Origin: Pavona decussata
Taxonomy: Eukaryota
DNA: 64,000 nt
Direction of reading: 5' to 3'
Assembly (NCBI GenBank): GCA_977016875.1
Contig: CDRNST010000241.1
Coordinates: forward strand, 992,001-1,056,000
The notes under the pieces: model-generated
Databases searched by the model: none
Seen by the model: only the letters and a program-made list of their open reading frames with translations
What the model was told of the DNA's origin: nothing
In this document: piece by piece, positions 52,701-61,700 of the stretch
Layout: every line of letters begins with the position of its first letter
Numbering within the stretch: the first letter of the stretch is position 1
Translations under genes and position numbers: made by a program

Positions 52701-55700
52701 ATTCAACCCTGCATTACAGAGGCAAAGATAAATCGTTGATTCCGTGCCTTAGTTTTCGCGCCATTTGAGCTAACACAGATCAACTTGTATAGCAGTGAGT
52801 TCTTTATAAGAGTGCTTCTAGTGTTCATTGTAGCTTAACGTTTATTTTTGACTTGTGTTGGACACTCGCTTGACGCAGCGGAGAGGCACCAGGAATCTTT
52901 GGGGTAGTTCTTCTTCATTCTTAAAGGGACTGGTTCTTCACTACAACAACTCGACGACAGTTCTACAATTATTCAGTTCCATTCTAAGACTACTCTACAA
53001 GTAAATTAAGACTTCTACTCAATTCTACATCTACCCTACATCTTTACTACTAGTATCTCTGAAATCATGCCTTACTTTATAGTATGCTGTAAACATGTTT
53101 ACGACTGTAACGCAACCAAGGCCAGATGGTCCCAACCAGAGATAAGAATTGGTTTCGCCAAAATACACTAACAGGAAAGAACAACACAACTGTTTTAAGA
53201 AAATAGTTAGAAAGGGAAACCAATCAGGCTTATAAAATCCGTAAGTGTTTTGCCTTGATATCAACTTTCGAGGAGGCCCAAGCCAAGGTTAAAGGAAGTA
53301 GGCAAACCTGTCCACAGCACAGCTGTTAACTCTAATCTTTGAACAACAGGAAAAAGTCAAACAATCTGGAAAAAAACCATCAAAACTATTGAAAGGAAAT
53401 AACAACTGTATTCTAAAATTAAAGTCAAAACCCACCCTTACTCAAGCTTCGCAACACTTGTTAGGCGCTGCAAGCAGAGGTCAATTCACATCAGGCGGAG
53501 ATTGTAGCCGTTGGAGTGCTAGGCCATAGTATTCAAGGCCTCATTCGAGGGCCCGAGTTTGAGCGCGGGAAATCCATCAATCAGCGGTACGATGAGCTTT
53601 GTGCGAACATCACTGTGTACCAGGCTAAGCTCCAATCAGCACTCACTACATCGCAGAATTTCAAGGATGGACTGGACGCCGCCATTAAGGCTCTGACTGA
53701 GCTCAAGAAACAACTGGACAAACTACCGCCCGTGTCACGCAATCTTGTTGAACTCAGAAATCAGGCGCAACAGTTCAAGGTATTGTTGAATCACGCTCAG
53801 ATTAGTGCAATGACCTTATTGAAGTCAGTTTGTTTTTAAAGAAGCAAGACAGTTTTACATGTTTTTCGAGGGAAAAGAAGTTTGTGAAAGCGTTGATCAT
53901 TAGTACTTTTTTCAAAACATTTTCCTCGTGGCGAGATTCTCCTATTTGTGGTTAGTTTCGCAGTTGGAAAGACTAATTTTACAAAAGTTTTATTTTGCAC
54001 AATTAATAAATGTGTTGCTCTTTTTATGCTGATGCCAGCTTCTTTCAGTGCTAGACGCTGTAAAGTCCGTTTTTAATCTTTTGTTGTTTCATAGTGTAAC
54101 GGTTATTTTATACCGTTGTGAGATAACATACACGAGACACAAGCCGACGTAGAGCTCGTCTACAATTCCCCGACGTTTTAAACAAGAAAAAAAACTTACT
54201 TCGTTCACTCCGGTAGACACTGTAGTCAAACAGTTTTGGTAAATTTAGGCGCCTACTACCTTGCACCATTTGGTAGCAGTATCAAATTGCTGCGAGGAAC
54301 CTTCAAAAAGTAAAATCGATGAATTAAGTTCAGTTAGTTCTCATCATGGATTTACGAGGACTTGTATGAATTCGTTAGCTTCCAAGAGCGTCATCATGAC
54401 ATGGCGTTAAAGTGGAGTCCTCTTATTTTTAGGTTGTGCAGACTGAAGTGAACCGCCACGGAACTTCAGTGGAAGCTCTAAACGAGATGTTCCACTTACA
54501 AAAGAAAAAGCAAAAGGAATCCAAACTGAAACAGATGAACAAGTTGTGGGTGGAAGTGATGGAGAGAGCTGGCACTAGAAAGGAAGAACTCAAAAGCGTG
54601 TTCATTATGATCGCCAAAGACTTTGAACGCTGGGAACTGGGCATGATCAAGAGACTCGACTCGGGTGAACTGGTGACTAGTGACATACTTGTGTTTGAAG
54701 AGAAGTTACAGGTGAGTTTTTAATACTGCCATATGAGTTTTAAATGCTGGATCTGAAATAGGGCTGGTATGTTGACACAGTATGTTATCTCCGTGTTCAT
54801 AACTTCATACATGGAAATGGGGCTGGTGTATTGCGACAGTATGTATCTCCAAGTTGATAGCTTCGTGCATTGAAATGGGGCTGGTATATTGAGACAGTGT
54901 GTTATCTCCAAGTTGATAGCTTCGTGTGTTGAAATGGGGCTGGTATATTGACACAGTGTGTAATCCCGCAGTTGATGGTTTCGCTATCACTAATGTGTAC
55001 ATGTATGGTATACTTATAGAGAATATTATCGCATTGTTAATATTGTAAAGGGAATTAGAAGTTGATAAACTTGGTTAATGACATGACAATTACAAGAATC
55101 TCCAGATAGCCTTTAACGTATAGTCACGGTAAAGTATTTTAGACGGTTTTCCGGCTGGAAATAGAGGAGACTTAAAGGGGCAGTGTCACGTATTTTTCGC
55201 ATCACTTTGAATGGCGAAAAAACACATTCGTTGTATGGATGAGAACATTGAAATAATGGTTCATTTTTGTTAAAAATAACCCTACTAGGACACAGAAACT
55301 AGTATCCTTCATTTTTGTCTGCAGATGGCTAGGATGGAAATGGATTGCAACTTGAAAAATTAGCCAATTCTTTCAAGTTCCTCCTGTGAGTTATGGAGAA
55401 ATTGCTAAAAACGGATTAGAGTTTATTCTTCCTCGGGGAAATCTTTTTATATCTTCCTCCTGGTGATCTAAGAGCGATTTCACATAAAGAACGGAAGGAA
55501 TTCTTTCTCAAATATTTGGGCAGTTTTGGCCAGTATACAGCAAAATCTCCGTGTCAGTGCCCCTTTGAGAAGCAATCGTACTTGAGGACTTCTTCCTATT
55601 TCATGCTAAATGCCACTCGGTGCTTCATGTCAAATAATGAGCGACGCATGCGTTATTTCGTCTTTCTTTCATTAGCATTTCCAAGATGAAGTGGAAAAGA

Positions 55701-58700
55701 TGCGACCAGCGTTTCAATCTGTAAACCAAGGAGGACACGAGCTGATAAACCTGGAGAAAAACAAACAGCAGTCCATCATCCTTGAAACGCTAGACCGCGT
55801 GAATAAAAACTGGCAAGCGCTCGCCATTAAACTGCTTAACACCACGGCCAAGTTGGACGAGTTGCAGGAGCAATCTGAGAAGTTCTACGCCGTCTATAAA
55901 CACGTGACCCTCTGGCTAGATAACATGGAAGTGAGGCAGCTTGCCATGCCTCCCGTGGGTCTCGATCCTGACGTGCTTAGTGCGCAGATGAAAGAACAAA
56001 AGGTATTGTGGGATTCTGTTTCTAAGTGCGTTTTTATAACTTTTCTTTCCGTCCTGCTGAATAAATTCAGTAACTATGAATCACATAGGGGAAAGGAATG
56101 TTCGAAGAGCTTTGTCTTATCTTTCCTTAGGTCTTACAGAATGAAGCTGTCCAGTACAAGGCCCAAATCGATCTTCTTGTGGGCCTGGGAAAGGTTATCA
56201 TTAGCATCACAGCCCAACAGCCGAGCGAGTCGCCCCAGTCTCCTCTCGAGGAGGATTTGACCTCAGTACGCACGCGCTATGATGCAGTGTGGAAGGGCCT
56301 GGAAACGCGTAATGTGACGTTAGAGACTACCGTGCTACAGATGGAAAAGTACAGGAGACTGGTGCGGAATATAACAATATTCCTTTCTCGAACGGAGAAG
56401 AGACTGGGGAAACTGGAGCCCGTGGGTGGAGACACAGATACAATCAGACAGCAGATCTCTGAGCACAAGGTTAGACGGAATGCATACAGCTGTTTCTTCA
56501 AAGGTTGTCCAAAAAAAGCGCCCGCCAGTCGAGGCATTATGGATTCTGACTTTTTATTGAAATCCCAGACTACCTTTCGACATTACGCTTTTACGTATAC
56601 AGGGTTAGGCTTTTGGGTCACGCGAAGCTTGCGTGATTGTCATCGCAGTATTTGAGATGTCTCACTTCCTAGCTCTCTGGTGATCCTTAAGATCTAGGTG
56701 GATGAAATGTCTTACTTTATAGCTTTTTGGTGATCATTTTACAACTTGAACTCCAAATAAAAATGTGATGGCTTCCTAGTTGAACTTATTGAAGCTCATA
56801 ACTCAAACAATTATCAGTTGAAATGACTGCAAATTCCATTTGTCCTTTTGAGTTATTCAGATCTCGTCAGCACGAAATTTTCCTTGAAATACTGAGAGTT
56901 CTTAGTAATGAACATATTTTAACAGATTAATAGCACATTCCGTAAACTAGAAAGAACAGGGAACCCGGTCTATAATATTGATTGTTTGGTTTTAATAACG
57001 TAGTTGGTAAGGTAATTTGGCTACCGTAAAGGGATTGACGTTCGAAACGCCAGCACATGATGGCCAAACGTTCTGTCTACTCACCCACCGACGCAGCACA
57101 ACAGTTTCTCTAGAAAGTAACCCTCTTTTCTATGATATTGATTTCTTACCTTAACTGCACTCAATCATCTCAGAACCCTTCAAAGTAAACGTTTACGGAT
57201 ACAGTGCAGCTAAATGATAGGGACAACCCCTTCAGCATGTTTCAGTTATTCGTAATGCCAGTTACAAACCGTGATTGCTTTTTACTTTTTTGTCAGACCC
57301 TTCAAAAAGAAATCACTCAGAACCAAGGAGATGTTGTTCTGCTCTTGAAGGCTGGAAATGATTTGTTAGAAGGCCGCGAAGGAGCTGCCGGAAGTGACGA
57401 AATCCAGGTTACTATACTATCTTGTCCTCCCCTCCTTTTCTTGGAAGTCGTATCTTTATTTCAGGCTATAGAAATATTAAAAATTGAGATTGGTTATCAT
57501 ATCGTACATTTTCCGTACAAATGAGCCATATTAACCAACTATTGCGGAGTTGTATCTCGCTCTTTGGACTTCAGCTACGCTTTTAAGGACGGTGCCTTCT
57601 CATACCGCAGTATTTTTGCGCGGCTTATGACTATGCGGGAAAAGCAGATCTTAGCAAGGGCTATGGAAATCCAAAAAGAACATTGGGGGTAACCACGCAT
57701 TTTTTAGAGATAATTAAGTAACGATTATTCTAAAACGCCACAAAATACAAAGCAATGTATGGCGTTTTTTTTTCCAAGTTGAAGCTCTATTATTTCTGAA
57801 AATGTATGGTTACCCAAATTTTCAATTTGGATACTAAGAGTAGTTGCTGAGTTCTACTTTTTCCGCCCAGTTTTAAACCGCGGAAAAAAAATATATCCCT
57901 GAATAAGTAGGTACCACCATAGGAAACCCGAATATCTCCAGATGCGCAGAACATATGCGCAGAAGCGAAAGTAGGCACCGTCCTCAATGTAAATGACCAA
58001 TTTCAGCTCTAGCAATATAACGAATATTTTATGCGAGTTTTTGTTCCGAGGTACAAAATTAATCAATGTTAGTTGATTTGTTTTCATTACGTTTGGTTGA
58101 ATCGCACAGAAGTTGATTAAAAGGAAACAATCTGATAAGGTAAAGGAAGAAATATCGAGGTCTGAAATAACCGCGTTGCTCTTTTAAACGCATACTAATT
58201 AATGTCATTGGATGATTTTGGCATTTAAAAATAATTTTAGCTGGTTGTTTACCCTTTACAGTGTACTTTCCTTTAAAACAAGAAAGCCGTCTATAGATAC
58301 CGTGATATTTACACGTCTCGTGTCTTTCCGTAGGAGGAGATTTCTAGCGTGAAAGGCCGAATGGAGTTTATCGTGGTCGCGTCAAACGAGCGGCAAAAAG
58401 AACTGGAGAGCACCTTGAGCACGGTCAAGAACCTGGACGAGTCTATCCAGTCCCTCACGGTTCAGTTTAAACAAAGGCAGCAGGAAATTGATTTACTGTT
58501 GAAAGAAGAAGACCCCAGTCACCTGAGCAGACGGTTCAAGGTATCACCGCATTTGTTTTGCTATGTTCAAGTTTTTTTTTTCTGCTGATCTAAAGGATAA
58601 TTTACAGGTAACGATTAAACTGGCCGATTGGCCCAAATTGCTTCGAACCTCATTATGAAAGCGAGGCTAAGTTTAAAGCTTTTCATATAAAAACTATTTT

Positions 58701-61700
58701 TGTTTGCATCTGAATGAAAACTAATTTTCATGTAAAAGCGTTGCATTTAGCCTCGCTTTCAGAATGAGGTTCAAAGCCACTCGGAAATGGCCTATTAGTT
58801 AAAACAGAAATGGAGATTTAGAAATAAATTAAAAATATAAAAAGACATTAAAACTCTGTCATTCAACAGGTATTAGATCCGGAAATAGCGTGTTTGAATT
58901 ACCAGCTTGAGAGTGCAAACGAATCTGGGCAGGAGGTAATCGCTCATCTGCAGGACACAGCTCAAGACCCGAGCCCCGTTGTACACAAAGTGGACGGTAT
59001 TAACAGCCAGTGGAACCAGCTTCAAGCTAGACTGAGAGAGTTACGAAATCACGTTAAAGACAAGGTAAGCCCAGAAAGGATACGTTTTCTTTCATTATTT
59101 TTTTTGAGAGGAGTGTTCAGGTTAGTTTTGTAGCTGGCGTTCTTGCCAGAAAGTGTCCCATGTAGGTTATGTCACGGTCACGCTGTTTGTGTCACGCTGG
59201 TGTGTCACGTTTGCCGCCTGTTTGTGGAGCTGGTTAGCTACGAGCTGTGGTTCAGGTGAATACCTCTTTTTGTATAATTTAGTTCATTCTTTTGCTTACG
59301 CTCGGACATTACAGTCCGCCTACTTACAGTATCAGCGTTATTTAAGAGTTCAGTAGTCAACAAGATCTTCAGACGACTATGGAGTGTTGGAGCTCTAGAA
59401 CCCCGGAATCTTGTGCCCCTCTTCTTCTTTCAAAGCTCCGTTTGGAACATACGCCCGAGACCTTTGATATAGCGCCCTGGTACCAAACCATTTTTCATGC
59501 TTATTCACATGGCAACGGTGAAACGTCCTCGATGTCTCCAGAATGTTGATTTGTTTTACTTTGTCGCGAGACACAAAGCCCGCTTCTTTTGATAAGATTA
59601 TTTTTTATCATCTATCTGTAAATGTTAATCCTAATAGTTAAGACTATTATATCTCTCGTATTCTAGTTCACATTTTATTTATTTTATTTTTTTTGTTTTG
59701 TTTTGTATATGTGTTTCTTTTAATTCTGCTCGAAAACACTAGCTATCAGCTTCTCTCAAATTCAAGTGAAAATAAAGTTTATGTATGCATGTATGTAAAA
59801 CATTGAAATTAATGAGATACCCGTCGGTGAATCACGTTGGTTATAACATTTCCTTCTTTAATTGAATGGGAACTATTGTGGTATTAGACAAAGAAAAAAA
59901 AAAGCAATAGTGAGACAAAGAGAAGCTGTCGCATTCAGTGGAATTAGATTGGAGTTTGCTAATTGTCAAATCTTTAGATTTGTTTTTTTTTCTCATTGCG
60001 CAATAGTCGTTACAGATAAGTGAGCAGTCAATATATTTAGCATGCGATTTTCGATTCAATACCAGTACTCTCATGCTAATTATGTTTTGTCGGAGACGTT
60101 GCTGTCGACAGTCAAATGAGAACTCGTTCAAATGAACATCTCTGTCGTCGAGCGGGTTTTTGGTTTCTTCAGAAGGCGTGGGAAAGCCGTGAGTTGACTT
60201 CTTAATTACTTTATTTTCCCCCAGAGTAACTGAACTTCAACTAGTTTTGAAAATATTGCTTTTGTTTTTTTTTGTCAATGGAAATTTTATTCGATTCGAT
60301 TGGAGAAAGAAACCTCGTGACTGAACCCTGTTTATGGTTGTAGGATTTAGAAATCATTTCTAACGGGAAGGCAACAGATTACTACTCCTTACCAGGCAAA
60401 TTTCTTCTTTCACGTTGCGACAATATCTATATTTACGAGAGGTGCACATGCACCCTTGAAAGTAAAATATTCAATTTTTAATTAGTTTGCCATCTTCTGG
60501 CGGCAAATTAATGCTCTTAGATTTCGTCTTGGGGCTTAAAATAGAAACGTGTTGATCTCTGTTCGTGCGTTGAGTTTATTTCTTGTTGACCTGACTCGGT
60601 CACGGCTGCTTGCTTGCAAAGCGTAGTTTCTTTTCGCTGTATTGATTGTTTCGCAAAATATTCACTTCGATAGTAGCCCCATGAGTATTGCTCATGAAAG
60701 AGTTGATGTTGCTAATGCAGGAGAATGTGTATTGCCTATTCGTTTATTTTACGTTTTATATATTATATTTCTTCATTTTACGTTTCAAGAAAGGCAGTAT
60801 TTTCCTTTCTTTCAAAAAACTGCGCCTGGTACTTTGTTTATTTATAGAGCATTGAACAGTCTAGTAATCACAATATATTTAAGCACAGATCTTTTCAGAA
60901 AAGGTCGGAGAAGAGAAGGTACTTTTTGTAAAAGGATTTAGTTGAAGATATTGTTTAATTGTTTGTCTTCTTTCAAAGTTTGGTAGTTTCTACACAAATA
61001 AAGTTAAAAAAAAATTGACTTAACTAATTGAAGGTACACAGACACAAATGTATTTCCTTGATATTACAAAAGTTTTAAAAAAGTGTATTCGGTATAGCTC
61101 ATCGCCGTAGATTACCAATGCGAAATTGCTAAAATCTAGGTAATTATTCAGCTTGTCAAATGGTGTGGTGCCGCAGGGCTCAAACTGTCTCTTGTTTACA
61201 ATTGAAGAAGACAGTATTAATTTAAACGTTGGCACGCAGCATATATTATGTTATTGTCGTTATTCCGAACAGAGCGAAAATTAAGGGGCCGTCGGTGTAA
61301 GATATGGAGGGTTTGTTTATCGCGCAACTTATCTCGCTTCGGACTTATATGATTAGAGTTCATTGGACGATTAACTGACATACTCGATATTTTGTTGAAT
61401 CTTTAGGGCGATGAATCCAAGGAGGACGATTCTACCGTTCCATTTAAGGTTACAAACGTGAAAAAGAGCAATCTTGAGAGATTCGAGATCCCTGTATCAG
61501 TGACATTGGAAGCAGAGCCTGTTGAAAGTACACGTTCAAAAGGAGAACTGCCTGCGAGACCATTCGAATTAGGAAAACCTGTTTCAAGAAGTTCTGACAG
61601 TGATGGGAGCCTAGAAGACAAATTAGCTTTCAAAGTCACCACGGTTAAAAAGGGTACTGTAGAGGGATTTCACATTCCAGTTCCCAAAAAATCCCAACCA

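Noticed and set aside
54754-54983. Regularly spaced repeats resembling a CRISPR array
   Set aside because: The whole unit repeats with no unique spacers, in a eukaryotic intron; it is a minisatellite
59065-59133. Read-through hydrophobic tail after exon 49 as an alternative C-terminus
   Set aside because: Interrupted by Arg and explained by T-rich intron composition; the exon 49 donor is strong
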